This document shows, piece after piece, positions 1 through 11,600 of a stretch of DNA of 64,000 nt. How positions within the stretch are numbered: the stretch's first letter is position 1; each line of letters opens with the position of its first letter. The notes under the pieces are model-generated. The model saw nothing but the letters and a program-made list of their open reading frames with translations. It searched no databases and was not told the DNA's origin. The position numbers and the translations under genes are program-made. This DNA is from Bdellovibrionales bacterium RIFOXYD12_FULL_39_22 (GTDB taxonomy: Bacteria; Bdellovibrionota; Bacteriovoracia; Bacteriovoracales; Bacteriovoracaceae): assembly GCA_001770205.1 (NCBI GenBank), contig MEQL01000038.1, positions 1 to 64,000 on the forward strand, given 5' to 3'.

Positions 1-1
1 A

Positions 2-741
2 ACTTTTGGGTACGTTGAATATGGTTGCATGAATTGTGGCCAGTCAAGACACGTTGTCGCCTTCACATGTAAAACTAAGTTTTGCTTGAGATGCGGGAGA
101 GTGGCATCTGAAAACTTTGTAGCGCAGGTGATGGCCAGGCTTCATCCAGGGATTGTTTATCGTCATTTGATTCTAACCATTCCAGAGCAACTGTATCCAT
201 TTTTCTATAAGAACAGACACGGTAAAAAATTATATAACAACTTCTATCTTTGTGGACGCGACTTTATCGATGACGTGTTTTCTAGGGTGACGAAAAAGGA
301 TTTGAGGAGCGGATCAATTATTGTTCTCCACACAGCTGGAAGAAAAGGAAATTATCGGCCACACCTGCATATAATTGTGATGAATGGAGGCATTGATCTT
401 AAGACTGGTAAGTGGGTAGATATCCCATATTTCCCCTATGAAAAAATCCTACCGAAGAAGTGGCAATATCATCTACTCAAAATGGTACAGAGCTTTGATC
501 CGAGCAAAAAAACGAATAAGTTGGTAGAGGAACTTTATCGTGGATACCCAAATGGTTTTGTAAATTTTTTCATGAAAGGTGATGTTCCAAAGGGGAATAA
601 AAACTTGGTGAAGTACCTTTCGAAATATCTGTTTCGGCCAAGTATATCACTGAAAAGAATTGTAAAGTATGACGAGGACTTGGAAACTGTAGAATATGAG
701 TATGCAGATCATCGGAGCAAAAAAACGGAGAGGGAAGTGAC
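2..741 (+). mobile_element. IS91-family (Y2/HUH rolling-circle) transposase, 5' part outside window, 3' truncated
   Basis: Frame open from base 2 (TFGYVEYGCMNCG...). Zn-binding CKTKFCLRCG, HUH motif RPHLH, Y2 motif YLSKY. The usual C-terminal block (F..RFL.HV.P.GF..IR.YG) is missing; ORF 29..844 runs into unrelated sequence after EREVT. Confidence 0.85.
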
Positions 742-954
742 AATGATGGGAAATCTGACAAACATTGGTTGCCTTTTACTGGGGTTGTTGACTGGAATAG
801 ACTTGGAAAAAACTTATATGGTAAACATTTGCTACAGTCAGTGATGATTGAGGCGTTCCCTCAAGAAACTAATCGGCCAACCGCATCTGAGTTTTTAAAT
901 CTTGCCTACCAATCGGCCATTCAGTGTAAAGGGAATGTTCAAAAATGGCCGTAA
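736..954 (+). pseudogene. 3' remnant of a sugar-phosphate isomerase/epimerase (xylose-isomerase-like TIM barrel)
   Basis: Frame of ORF 769..954 extends upstream to SDNDGKSDKHWLPFTGVVDW...MIE, the typical DNDGxxDxHxxPxxGxxDW motif. N-terminal part absent. Confidence 0.65.
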
Positions 955-1012
955 GCAGATAGTTATTATGCAACCAACTTAACCTTGGCCCCAATGCCGG
1001 CCAGTTGGCTTC

Positions 1013-2038
1013 TTAGTAAAGAGCAAATATTTTGACTGTGTAAAAACAGATGGCCGCAACGGCCGCAGAAAAAGGAATAGTGACAAACCAGGCCATGACA
1101 ATTCTTGAGACGATGCTCCAGTTTACTCCCGAGCGGCGAGAGGTTATGCCTACTCCTACGATGGCACCAGAAATAGTATGAGTAGTAGAAACTGGAATTC
1201 CCAGTTGTGTTGCTAAAAATAAGGTCATGGCCCCGGCGGTTTCGGCACAAAATCCATGTACTGGTTTTAGTTTGGATAACTTCATTCCCATTGTTTTAAC
1301 AATCTTCCATCCGCCAAAGGCCGTACCTAAGGCCATGGCCAAGTGGCACGAATAGATAATCCAAGCAGTGCTCCAGTTAGTCATGGATAACTCAACATTT
1401 GCATCAAAAATCCCCGCAGCAATTAGAAGCGCCACAATGATTCCCATAGTCTTTTGAGCATCGTTGCCTCCATGGCCTAAAGAGTACAAAGAGGCGGAGA
1501 TGATTTGCCCCTTTCTAAAAAGAAGGTCAATTTTTTGTAAATGCCATTTCCTAAAGATCCAATAAATAGCGATCATAATGATGATACCAATAACCATTCC
1601 CAAAATCGGCGCTAGTGGAATAAACAGCATTGTCTCTTCTAATTTTGTCCAATTAATTACATCAAATCCTTTATGGGCAATACCGGCCCCGGCCAATCCT
1701 CCGATAAGAGCATGAGAAGAGCTAGTAGGTAGCCCCCACCACCAGGTAATTAAATCCCAAATAATAGCACCCAATAATCCAGTCAACACCACGTATACAA
1801 AGGCCGGATCGCTAGCGTCGATATGGACAATCTTGGCGATAGTAGATGCCACTTTAGGAGCGAAGATAAACATCGCAATAAAGTTAAAAAAGGCTGCCCA
1901 AAAAACGGCCGCACGCGGAGAGAGAACTTTGGTTGAGACGATGGTTGCAATGGAATTAGCAGCATCATGAAATCCATTTATAACATCGAAAATCAGGGCA
2001 ATTATTATGGTGACAATGACAATAGTTGGAATACTCAT
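1013..2038 (-). CDS. pit: PiT family inorganic phosphate transporter
   Basis: GFHDAAN and HGGNDAQK signatures, PTSSSH and PVSTTH, multiple TM helices. Confidence 0.95.
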   Translation of the reverse strand: MSIPTIVIVTIIIALIFDVINGFHDAANSIATIVSTKVLSPRAAVFWAAFFNFIAMFIFAPKVASTIAKIVHIDASDPAFVYVVLTGLLGAIIWDLITWWWGLPTSSSHALIGGLAGAGIAHKGFDVINWTKLEETMLFIPLAPILGMVIGIIIMIAIYWIFRKWHLQKIDLLFRKGQIISASLYSLGHGGNDAQKTMGIIVALLIAAGIFDANVELSMTNWSTAWIIYSCHLAMALGTAFGGWKIVKTMGMKLSKLKPVHGFCAETAGAMTLFLATQLGIPVSTTHTISGAIVGVGITSRRSGVNWSIVSRIVMAWFVTIPFSAAVAAICFYTVKIFALY

Positions 2039-2083
2039 TTATCTTTATCCTGGTTACCGTTTTAAGTAGAAAGACAATTAAAT

Positions 2084-2710
2084 CTAGGCCGATTCAATAT
2101 AGGCACCTTCAATAATTTGAGAAACCTGAGCACAGCGATCGATAGAGGTTTCTAGGCGCTCAAAAATATCTTTCCATTTTATAACGTCGAGGGCGTCATC
2201 TTCTTTGAAAAGTCGAGAAAGAGCGTTGCGGAAAAGATCATCACCTTCATGCTCTAAGTCATGAACGCACTTGCATGCGGCCAAAAGATTGGCGGAGAGT
2301 TTTTTATTGCGAAAGGCCACTAGTGCCTTTTTGATTTCATTTTCGGCGGCGATTAAAATTCTAGCGAACTCTTTAACCTCTGGACGAATTTCAGAAATGT
2401 TATACATAATCATTCTGGCCACCGCCCCATTGAGGTTGTTGGCAATAGAATCCATTCGCTTCATCAAAGTGAAAATATCAGAGCGATCAATTGGAGTTAT
2501 AAAACTTTTATGTAAGATCTCGATACAACCATGAGCAATGATATCCATTTCATGTTCTAAATCTTTTACTTTTTTGGCATGCTGCTCCCATGCAGAAGGA
2601 GAGGCATTGGCCATGTTTAAAACTTCTTGAGTTAGGGTGATGACGAGATCGATGTGTTGTTCAAAATAATCGAAAAAAATTGGCTCTTTGGGTAGGATGT
2701 TCCTAAACAT
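2084..2710 (-). CDS. DUF47 family phosphate transport regulator (PhoU-like)
   Basis: LEHExD repeats, FITPIDRSDI, IKWKDIFERLE; directly upstream of pit. Confidence 0.93.
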   Translation of the reverse strand: MFRNILPKEPIFFDYFEQHIDLVITLTQEVLNMANASPSAWEQHAKKVKDLEHEMDIIAHGCIEILHKSFITPIDRSDIFTLMKRMDSIANNLNGAVARMIMYNISEIRPEVKEFARILIAAENEIKKALVAFRNKKLSANLLAACKCVHDLEHEGDDLFRNALSRLFKEDDALDVIKWKDIFERLETSIDRCAQVSQIIEGAYIESA

Positions 2711-3053
2711 AAAATCTCCATTGTAAAACAGATTGTTCTGAAAATTATTACCGATATGTCACTGTTTCCCCCTTTTAGTCTGAGTTAGAGGATTTGGCAA
2801 TTATTTTTCAAAGCTCTTTTCGGAAAGCTATTCCGTCATAAGTTTTTTTATTTGCGTTTGATAAGGATCAGTTTGATTAATAAAATTCCAGGCAATTAGA
2901 TTTTTATTTTTAATATACTCATCCTTAAAGTTAAACAGGAAGGAGATATGGGGAGTCGAGAAATGGCCCCACTTAGGACTCTAAATACTCTTTACATAGA
3001 AGTAGAGTTTTGCGAAAATTCACCAACTATTAATTTTTTACGGCAGGAGTTTT

Positions 3054-3638
3054 ATGAAACTATTACTATTAAATATTTTGGCACTCATTTTATTATCGGG
3101 TTGTGGCATTCAATCTATTCCGCAGAGTAAAAATAACGTTGAAGCAACCTTAGCGGAAATCACTAATCAGTATAAACGGCGAGCAGATCTTATTCCTAAT
3201 CTAGTTAATGTAGTGAAGGGGTATGCACAGCACGAGAGTGAAACACTTGTTCAGGTTACAGAGGCGCGTTCAAAGGCCTCACAAGCGACTATCGATCCAA
3301 CCAATATGTCAGCAGAGAAGTTGCAAGAATTTCAAAAAGCACAAGGCAATTTATCGCAAGCGTTGGGAAGATTAATGGTAATCGTAGAAAAATATCCAGA
3401 ACTTAAGGCCGATCAAAATTTTCGCGACTTACAAGCACAATTAGAGGGAACTGAAAATCGTATTACTGTAGCGCGGAATCGTCATATTGAAGCAATAAAA
3501 AATTTTAATGACTTGGTAACTGTTCCACCTTCTAGTTGGACTAATTCTTTATTTTTTCATCATGAAAAAATGGCCCAATGGACGGTATCGGAAGCAGAAA
3601 AGGCGGCCGTAGAAAAAGCGCCGGAAGTTAAATTTTAA
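3054..3638 (+). CDS. lemA: LemA family lipoprotein
   Basis: YKRRADLIPNLV, EKYPELKA, LEGTENRI; lipobox LSGC. Confidence 0.95.
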   Translation: MKLLLLNILALILLSGCGIQSIPQSKNNVEATLAEITNQYKRRADLIPNLVNVVKGYAQHESETLVQVTEARSKASQATIDPTNMSAEKLQEFQKAQGNLSQALGRLMVIVEKYPELKADQNFRDLQAQLEGTENRITVARNRHIEAIKNFNDLVTVPPSSWTNSLFFHHEKMAQWTVSEAEKAAVEKAPEVKF

Positions 3639-4378
3639 TGAATAGTTACTACAAAATTGTGAGAAAGCTACTATACATCGCCTTATCTTCTATCGTCTTT
3701 TATTCGGTCATGGCCGTGGTAGAGATTTCTGCTCTAACTGGGCCAGTAGAAGATCACGCGGAGATTATTAACTCGCAAATAGAGCGGCAAATTGATCAAA
3801 TCTCTTTGGCGCTTAAAGATGCTACTGAAACTCAACTTCAGGTTTTAACGATTGCTTCCCTTGAAGAGGAAGATATTGAGTCTTTTGCTATTCGCGTTTT
3901 TGATAAGTGGAAGTTAGGCAATAATACTTCTCGCCGAGGAGTTTTATTGTTAGTTGCAGTTCAAGAGCGGAGGATGCGCATTGAAGTTGGCCAAGGATTG
4001 GAAGGAGATCTTCCCGACGCCTATGCTAAACGGATAATTGATAATTTTATAGTGCCGGCATTTCGCGAGTCGAGATTTTCTGAAGGTATTTTGGCCGGTG
4101 TAATTGAAATTATAAAATATACTGATCCTAATTTTGAAGCGGCGAAATTAATAGATTACAAATATCACCGGATCTCTAGATCAAATGGCCCAAGTACTTT
4201 AAGTTTGCCTTTCATTTTATTTATTTTATTTTTAGTAGTTTTTATTCTTCCTCGGCGTAGAGGATTTAGCTCTTTTGGTGGCAGTGGATGGGGACATGGA
4301 GGAAGAGGAGGGGGCCGATCTTCTTGGGGCGGCGGCGGTGGATTTTCTAGCGGGGGAGGAGCGTCTGGTTCCTGGTAA
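3638..4378 (+). CDS. TPM-domain (YgcG-like) membrane protein with Gly-rich tail
   Basis: GVLLLVA..ERRMRIEVGQGLEGDLPD; TM helix; C-terminal GGFSSGGGASGSW. Confidence 0.92.
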   Translation: MNSYYKIVRKLLYIALSSIVFYSVMAVVEISALTGPVEDHAEIINSQIERQIDQISLALKDATETQLQVLTIASLEEEDIESFAIRVFDKWKLGNNTSRRGVLLLVAVQERRMRIEVGQGLEGDLPDAYAKRIIDNFIVPAFRESRFSEGILAGVIEIIKYTDPNFEAAKLIDYKYHRISRSNGPSTLSLPFILFILFLVVFILPRRRGFSSFGGSGWGHGGRGGGRSSWGGGGGFSSGGGASGSW

Positions 4379-4398
4379 TATGTTTTTGATCGAGGTGT

Positions 4399-5079
4399 TT
4401 GGTGAAAAATTTTTTTAGAAACATAAAATATCGCAGCTTGGGTGCTTTAATTAATGATGAACTAAAGGCGGCGGTTGCGGAGGCGATTGAAAAAGTTGAG
4501 CATACTACTTCTGGAGAAGTTGTGGTTATGATTGCACCGTCTTCTTCGGCGTTAGCGTACGTCACAACTAGCTGGATATTGCTTACGACTTCATTGCTGT
4601 TTACCTTTTTTATTGGTGCTAATAAATTAGGATTTAATTTTACCGAGGTGACAATTATCATCGTTAGTGCGCTGGCCTTTACTTGTGGTTATCTTCTTTC
4701 TCTTAGTTGGTTTGGTAAAAGATTTTTTTTGCATGTAGATGATCGTCACCAGAATGTGCTAAATCGTGCTCGTTTTGAGTTCCATCTTCATCGATTAAAC
4801 AAGACACAGAAGGCAACTGGGGTCCTTATTTTTGTATCGCTATTAGAGCGAGAGGCGGTAGTGTGGGGAGATGAGTTAATTGCCAAGAAATTACCAACAG
4901 AAACGTGGACAAATATTTTAAACCATCTGATTGCCAACTTTAAAGCAGGGAAGTTGCAGTTGGGATTAACTGAGGCAATTGAAGAAGTTGGGCAAATATT
5001 AAAAGAGCATTTTCCGGCAGTGGCGACCGAAAGAAACGACAATGAAATTAGCAATGAACTTATTTTGTTAGAGGACTAA
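4399..5079 (+). CDS. TPM-domain membrane protein, third gene of lemA-TPM-TPM triad
   Basis: EHTTSGEVVV, TGVLIFVSLLER, NDNEISN; two TM helices. Confidence 0.88.
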   Translation: MVKNFFRNIKYRSLGALINDELKAAVAEAIEKVEHTTSGEVVVMIAPSSSALAYVTTSWILLTTSLLFTFFIGANKLGFNFTEVTIIIVSALAFTCGYLLSLSWFGKRFFLHVDDRHQNVLNRARFEFHLHRLNKTQKATGVLIFVSLLEREAVVWGDELIAKKLPTETWTNILNHLIANFKAGKLQLGLTEAIEEVGQILKEHFPAVATERNDNEISNELILLED

Positions 5080-5097
5080 TAAATTTCAGTCTGGACA

Positions 5098-5892
5098 CTA
5101 GATGGCCCATGGCCTGGCATTTTTATTTTTTCTTTTAAATTCGATTAATCTTGCAGCAACACTGATTGAAATTTCTTCTGGACTAACGGCACCAATATCT
5201 AGGCCAACAGGAGATTCAATGCGCGAAATTACTTCTTCGGTAATCCCTACTTCTTTCAAACGGACAAAAGCTGCACTAATTTTTCGCCTTGAACCAATCA
5301 TACCCAACCAGCCAAAGTCAGAATGAGTAACGGTTTCAAGAATTGTTTGGTCGTGGGTATGGCCTCTAGTGACAATCAGGATAAAATCTTTTTTTGAAGC
5401 TTTATATTTTTGAGCAAATTCTAAAAAATCAGAAACGACTACGCGATCGGCCATGGGGAAGCGCTCAGCGTTTGCCCACTCCGAACGATCATCAACAACG
5501 GTAACATGAAATCCTAGCATTTTAGCAATAGAGCAGGTGGGAAGCGCAATGTGGCCGGCACCATAAATGATTAAATGATCGCGGCCTTCAATTGGTTCAA
5601 TATATGCCTGGACTTGTCCTCCACATGCCATGTTAAGGTCTGTGACAAGATTTAACTTTACTGTTTTTGCTTGCTGACTATTAATGACTTCTAACGATAG
5701 CTCGGCCAGTTTATTTTCAATTGCACCGCCCCCCACGGTCCCTAATATTTCACCAGACTCTTTAACAATCATTTTGGCGCTAGCAATTTGTGGCGCAGAT
5801 CCATCAACGCTGATTAGAATGCAAAGCGCTGCCCCTTCACCGCTTTCTTGGATTCTAATTATTTCTTGATAGATGTTGATTGTTTCTTTCAT
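5098..5892 (-). CDS. XdhC/CoxI family molybdoenzyme accessory protein
   Basis: GSAPQ, GTVGGGAIE, MACGG, YGAGHIA, GMIGSRRK, PVGLDIGAVSPEEI. Confidence 0.93.
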   Translation of the reverse strand: MKETINIYQEIIRIQESGEGAALCILISVDGSAPQIASAKMIVKESGEILGTVGGGAIENKLAELSLEVINSQQAKTVKLNLVTDLNMACGGQVQAYIEPIEGRDHLIIYGAGHIALPTCSIAKMLGFHVTVVDDRSEWANAERFPMADRVVVSDFLEFAQKYKASKKDFILIVTRGHTHDQTILETVTHSDFGWLGMIGSRRKISAAFVRLKEVGITEEVISRIESPVGLDIGAVSPEEISISVAARLIEFKRKNKNARPWAI

Positions 5893-5909
5893 CGTATTCC
5901 TGTTCGTAT

Positions 5910-8567
5910 TTATGGTAGCGCCGTCATTTGTTGTATTATTTCAGGACTTAGTGGTTGATTCCAAAAATAGTACTTCACAATGTTGCCATTAAGCTGGTTT
6001 TGCTGATTAATATCACTACCAAGTTTGACAATGGTCGAGGCCTGCGGCAGAGACATGGAGGTTGTAGTCGCGAACGAGCTAGTTCCATTTAGACTGCCAT
6101 AAAATCCGTTGTTGGTATAGGCATAGGCCGTTTTGTTGCGCGAATTCATTAATACCGGGGCCGGGGATTTTTGAGTTAGACTAGTGCCATTGCCGACTAT
6201 TTCAAAATTAAGATAGCTAGATGGATCAAGGTAAATAGTGTGATGGTTATTTGTGTCTTGATCTGTGGCAAACAAAAAGGAATCCATTTGCGAATTTGGA
6301 TATTTGTTAATCCACTCAATAAAGATAGTTCCATTGGTTGCGTTGATGTTGGCAAAACTTGAGGAGAGATCATCGTTAGATCGGGAGATCGAAGATCCGT
6401 TTGTTGGAATGTATGATGTTGGAGTGTCCCTTTCTTCAAGTTGAGCTCCAAACAGATAGATTGAGCCGACTGTTGCAATATCTGCGCTGGATGACAATAC
6501 AGAGTTATATGCTACGAAAACACGGGCCTCCCAGTTGCTGCCAGTAGTATTGTATTCTCTCACCCAGAGACGAAACCATCCATTAGGATATCTTTCTATA
6601 CCAAAATCTTCGGGTGGATTGCCACAAAAGCCAGAATTGGTTGATGATCCAGATGATAGATCAAAGACGGCACCCGCGCAGCTGCTAGCGGGTACTGCAA
6701 GATAAAGAGATACAATATGAGCTGTATTGGGTTTGGCAAACACTGAAAAAACGGCCTGGGCGGATGATTTGCTTCTCGTAGTTGTAACATAGCCGGCGTT
6801 AAAAGCATTGGAGTTGTCATCAGTAACCTCATCGGCCATTGTTGTGCTGGCCGGAGCAACTACTATGTTAGAGGTAACGGCCGTTGATATTTTAGTCCAG
6901 GCACTATTAGAAAAATCCTCTGAATAGTTTATTAGATTGGTGGAGGAAGGTTCCACCAAAAGGCCCATAATGTATAGAGCATAATCGTATTCAAATCGTT
7001 CTATATTGCTTGCTGCTTCTACATAGTTACCAGAGTTATTTAAATAATATCCGGAAGTGTTTCGAGTAAGATTCCACGCGCTGGGCATCGAATATTGAAA
7101 ATCGTAAGAGTGGGTAGTTGCGACTATTGTTAAATTTATATCATGAGATCCATTAGCGTCGGAAATGGTTAATGTATCGTTACCACTTGCAATTGGTGAG
7201 TAGATACCACTTAAATTGTTAATGCTGCCAATAGCATTGTTGCTGTTAGAGTAATTTATAGGAGGGGTTCCTCCGAGGATGAATTTTGAAGCATCAAAAG
7301 AGAATTCGTAAGTGGCGATGAGATTTGTTGTTGTAATTGCAAGGGGTGCATTTTCGACAATAAAGCTAAAGGTATAGGTAGTCCCGAGTGTTAGGCCATT
7401 TATTCCTTGAGCAGAGCTGGGAATTCTAACGTAATATCTACCTGCAACAAGCGATGATACGGAATAGATGACATCATGGTTATCATTTGCGGCAGAAGAG
7501 TAAGTTATTGGTAAGCAAGCAATAAAATTTTCGTAAGTAGATAGTTCAATCGTTGTATTGTGGCATGATCCGCCGCTACTTCCTAAAATTGATTTTAGAT
7601 CCATTTCAAGATTAAAATTTATGGAAACAGATGATATCGGGGCCAATACGGTTGAATCGCTAACTGGGTCTGTGGAAAGAACAGTCAAGTAATTGGGGAT
7701 AGTGTTTTCGTTAGTAGTATATATCTGTGCTGTGTAGGAATCTTGGCCCACGTCCAGCACCACTGCTTTATCCGCCAATGTGCCCAGTCCAAAGTTTATT
7801 CCAAACGCTGTTGTTTCAGGATCAGCACAGGCCGCATCTTTATATCCAATGATTGTCGGAAAAACGATATCGTTGATTAGGTTAGTTCCTACCGGGATTT
7901 GTATATTGGTGGAGATATAACCGCTGTCTAATGGGAAGCAAGTGCTGACAAAATTGTCAATTGATGTAGTTGATGGGATTGCCGTTTTTTCTTGAAGTTT
8001 AGAAAGTTGTTCCAATTCATATTGGGGAATTGAGATTTTTATTGAATTTATGTTTCCTGGATAAGTACAGCCGAGACCTCCGCCATCATCATAAGCACAG
8101 CTCCTTATATTCAATGTTTTAAAGCTCTCTTCTGTCATGTAATCTTGATTTGCATATTGCGAAGTCGTAAGACAGTTGTTTGTATTAATTGTGAGTGAGA
8201 TTGTGGTATTATTACCATCTAGTGTTTGCGTAATTTCTGAAGAACATCGAGCAGTACCAAGCATTATTGCGTTAGAGATTACTGAGCCTAATTCTTGATC
8301 TAGTCCACTCCAGCCCATAGCAATAAACTTCCAAGTGCCGTTTGTCAGGAAAACTGTTTTTGTTTCTAGTGGTGAGTTCAAACTAGTTACAAACGCACTA
8401 TCGTTTGTGGTTGAGTATCCGGCAATAATGACTCCTCCGTTTAACTCAATGGTGCGAGTTCCTTGAGTGGCAAATTGTGTTGAGAATGTTATTTGAGATT
8501 TTCCTGGCCTTTTTGCACAAGAGTTAAGGGATAATACCACTAGTAATAATAATAAAAAAACTTTCAA
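5910..8567 (-). CDS. Large surface lipoprotein with Ig-like domain(s) and phage-fibre-like/LamG-like C-terminus
   Basis: TTG start after GAGGT; lipobox LNSC; Ig-like segment VLSTDP...INFNLEMD; C-terminal GLLVEPSSTNLINYSEDF...GAQLEE...TSYIPTNG...SRSND. Confidence 0.7.
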   Translation of the reverse strand: MKVFLLLLLVVLSLNSCAKRPGKSQITFSTQFATQGTRTIELNGGVIIAGYSTTNDSAFVTSLNSPLETKTVFLTNGTWKFIAMGWSGLDQELGSVISNAIMLGTARCSSEITQTLDGNNTTISLTINTNNCLTTSQYANQDYMTEESFKTLNIRSCAYDDGGGLGCTYPGNINSIKISIPQYELEQLSKLQEKTAIPSTTSIDNFVSTCFPLDSGYISTNIQIPVGTNLINDIVFPTIIGYKDAACADPETTAFGINFGLGTLADKAVVLDVGQDSYTAQIYTTNENTIPNYLTVLSTDPVSDSTVLAPISSVSINFNLEMDLKSILGSSGGSCHNTTIELSTYENFIACLPITYSSAANDNHDVIYSVSSLVAGRYYVRIPSSAQGINGLTLGTTYTFSFIVENAPLAITTTNLIATYEFSFDASKFILGGTPPINYSNSNNAIGSINNLSGIYSPIASGNDTLTISDANGSHDINLTIVATTHSYDFQYSMPSAWNLTRNTSGYYLNNSGNYVEAASNIERFEYDYALYIMGLLVEPSSTNLINYSEDFSNSAWTKISTAVTSNIVVAPASTTMADEVTDDNSNAFNAGYVTTTRSKSSAQAVFSVFAKPNTAHIVSLYLAVPASSCAGAVFDLSSGSSTNSGFCGNPPEDFGIERYPNGWFRLWVREYNTTGSNWEARVFVAYNSVLSSSADIATVGSIYLFGAQLEERDTPTSYIPTNGSSISRSNDDLSSSFANINATNGTIFIEWINKYPNSQMDSFLFATDQDTNNHHTIYLDPSSYLNFEIVGNGTSLTQKSPAPVLMNSRNKTAYAYTNNGFYGSLNGTSSFATTTSMSLPQASTIVKLGSDINQQNQLNGNIVKYYFWNQPLSPEIIQQMTALP

Positions 8568-8610
8568 AAGATACCTCTTATGTTAAGTGTCACTACAAAA
8601 ATCATCCTGC

Positions 8611-11600
8611 CTACGTTTTTTTGATACTTAAGCTTATTTGCCACTCATCAATTTCATAAGTAAGAGCGTCCATTCCCATTGATTCTTTGGCCACTTTTTT
8701 AGCACTAATGGCCAAGGTTTCTTTGGAAATATAATCAAGATGTTCCGCAATAGCACGTTCTAACTCTTCTGCCCCCGCATAGGCAATAGTGATGCGATCT
8801 GCCACATTGAAGTTTAAATCTTTGCGTGATTTTTGAATTCGATTTACTACTTCACGCGCTAGGCCTTCGTTGATCAAATTCTGATTTAGTGTGCAATCCA
8901 TATCGATTGAGATAAAGCGATTGGAGAGAGCATGTGTTTGTGCTTTTGCCTCGCGAAAAATTAAAATGTCATTTAGTGAGAAATGCTCGCCGCCCAAAGT
9001 TATCGATCCTTCGGCCTCTAGTTTTACCAAATCAATGGCCGAGATAGTCTCAATCATTTTTTTAAATTTACCTAATTCCTTTCCTAGGCGTTTGCCTAGT
9101 ACTGGAAGATTGGGTTTGGCAGATAGGCCTATATATTTTGTCTCATCCTGGGAATATTCGATGTGTTTTACATTGAGTTCTGCTTGTATGTATCCTTCAA
9201 GTTTAGAAATCTCTTCTAGCATACTTCGGTCGCGATGAATGATGGTAAGACGGGCCAGTGGAGTTTTAACTTTAATTTGCACTTGATTGCGCTTTTGTCT
9301 GCCGAGTAAAATTAACTGCTGCATGCGATCAACGGCATCTTCAAGCGTGGTGTTAATCATCTTATCATCAGGCATTGGGTAGGTGCAAAGATGAACCGAC
9401 TCTTCATTACTTTTGTCTCCAAAGATTTTCAGAGATTGATAAATATGTTCAGATAAAAAAGGCGCAAACGGGGCCATGGCAATACTCAACTCTCGGATGG
9501 CCGTATATAGTGTAGAATAGGCCGCGCACTTATCATCACTAAGCCCCTCTCCCCAAAAGCGAGAGCGGTTTAAGCGAATATACCAGTTCGTTAAATCTTC
9601 AATGAAGTTAAAGAGTGCAGGCACTACGTTGTAGAGACGATATCCCTCCATCTCGGTGGCAATATTTTTTTTCAAGGTCTGTAATTTGGATAAAACCCAG
9701 CGATCTACAATATTATCGCCGTATTTAAAGTTATGGCCAGCGCTCCAACCATCAACTTCAGCATAGGTAATAAAAAACTTATAAGAATTATACCAAGGAA
9801 GTAGTGCGCGTCTTACCATATCTTTTACTCCCGAGTCAGCAAAACGCTGTTCCTCTGCGCGCACAAGGCCGGAGTTAATCAGATATAATCTAAAAGCGTC
9901 AGCGCCGTACTCCTCCATTAAAGCATCAGGAGCGGTATAATTTTTTAGTCGTTTGGACATTTTTTTACCATCTTCGGCAGTAACGATTCCATTGACGATG
10001 ACGTTTTTAAATGCCGGACTATCAAATAAAGCAGCGGATAAAACAGTTAGATTGTAAAACCAACCGCGAGTTTGATCGATTCCTTCTGCAATATATTCGG
10101 CAGGAAAGCCATCTTTAAACATTTGCTGATTTTCAAAAGGGTAATGCAATTGCGCATAAGGCATAGAGCCTGATTCAAACCAGCAATCTAGAACCTCGGG
10201 AATTCGACGATAGACACCCGGTTCATTAGCTAAAGAGAAGGTGAGTGGATCAACATTTTCTCGGTGATAATCCGTTAATGTTTTGCCAGTATATTTTTTT
10301 AATTCTTCAAAAGAACCAATACAAATGTGCTTTTTGCTAACGTCATTTGTCCAAATAGGAATTGGTGTACCCCAAATTCGATTACGCGAAATTGCCCAGT
10401 CGCGGGCCCCTTCAAGCCATTTGCCGAAGCGTCCTTCTTTGATGTGATCAGGAACCCAGTTAATTTCTTTGTTCGCGCGAATAACTTTATCTTTAATTTT
10501 TTCTACATTTACATACCAAGATGGAATGGTTTTATAAATAAGCGGAGTGTCTGAGCGCGGACAGAAAGGGTAGCTATGCACTACAACAGAATGATCATAT
10601 AACCGGCCTTCGTCTTTTAAGCGCTTGATAATTTGTTTATCAGCATCTTTTACATATGTGCCGGCATAATCAGAAACTTCTTGGGTAAATTTTCCAGCAT
10701 CATCAACCGGACAAACAGAGGCCATAATGTTTGCCTCTTTCATCACGCGGGAGTCATCTTCGCCAAATGCTGGGGCGGTATGCACAATCCCGGTTCCATC
10801 TTCAGTGGTAACGTAGCTATCGCAGAGAATTTGGAAAGCGCCGTTATTTGCCAGTTTTTCAAAATATGGGAAGAGGGGAAGATAGCGCTTGCCCTTAAGC
10901 GAGGCACCTTTAAATTCTTCAATAACTTTTAATTTGCGTTTTTGTCCATAAGTGGCCAGGCGAGCGGCGGCCAAGATGAGAAAAATATTTTTTTCTTCAT
11001 CTTTTACTTTTACATAATCGATGTCAGCACCCACGCAAAGTGCCAGATTGGAAGGTAATGTCCAGGGAGTGGTGGTCCATGCTGCGTAGTAAGTATCTAC
11101 TTGATCGGCGGCCTTAAATAAGATGGTGATGGCCGGATCTTGAACATCTTGATAATTTTGTGAGGCCTCAAAATTGGAAAGAACTGTTCCTAGGGCGGTG
11201 GAGAAGGGAACAACCTTGGTTCCTTCGTAGACGAGATCTTTGTCCCATAACTGCTTAAATACCCACCAAACAGACTCCATGAAAGAGGGATCCATCGTGC
11301 GATAATCATTTTCAAAATCAACCCAGCGTCCCAAGCGTTCAATAGTTTTTTGCCATTCGCTAGTGTAGCGAGCAACAATACCGCGGCATTCGTCGTTGTA
11401 GCCTTTTATTCCCAACTTGATCACCGCATCTTGGGCGGACATGCCTAGTTTTTTGTCGATTTCGTGTTCTATCGGAAGTCCGTGACAATCCCATCCCCAG
11501 CGGCGTTCAACGTAATATCCCTTCATCGTAAAGTAGCGAGGTACAATATCTTTCAGAATGCTTCCTACTAAATGGCCATGATGGGGAAGTCCGGTGGCAA

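Noticed and set aside
2948..3130. 60-aa ORF with purine-rich upstream sequence
   Set aside because: Overlaps lemA out of frame by 77 nt, poor SD spacing, no motif.
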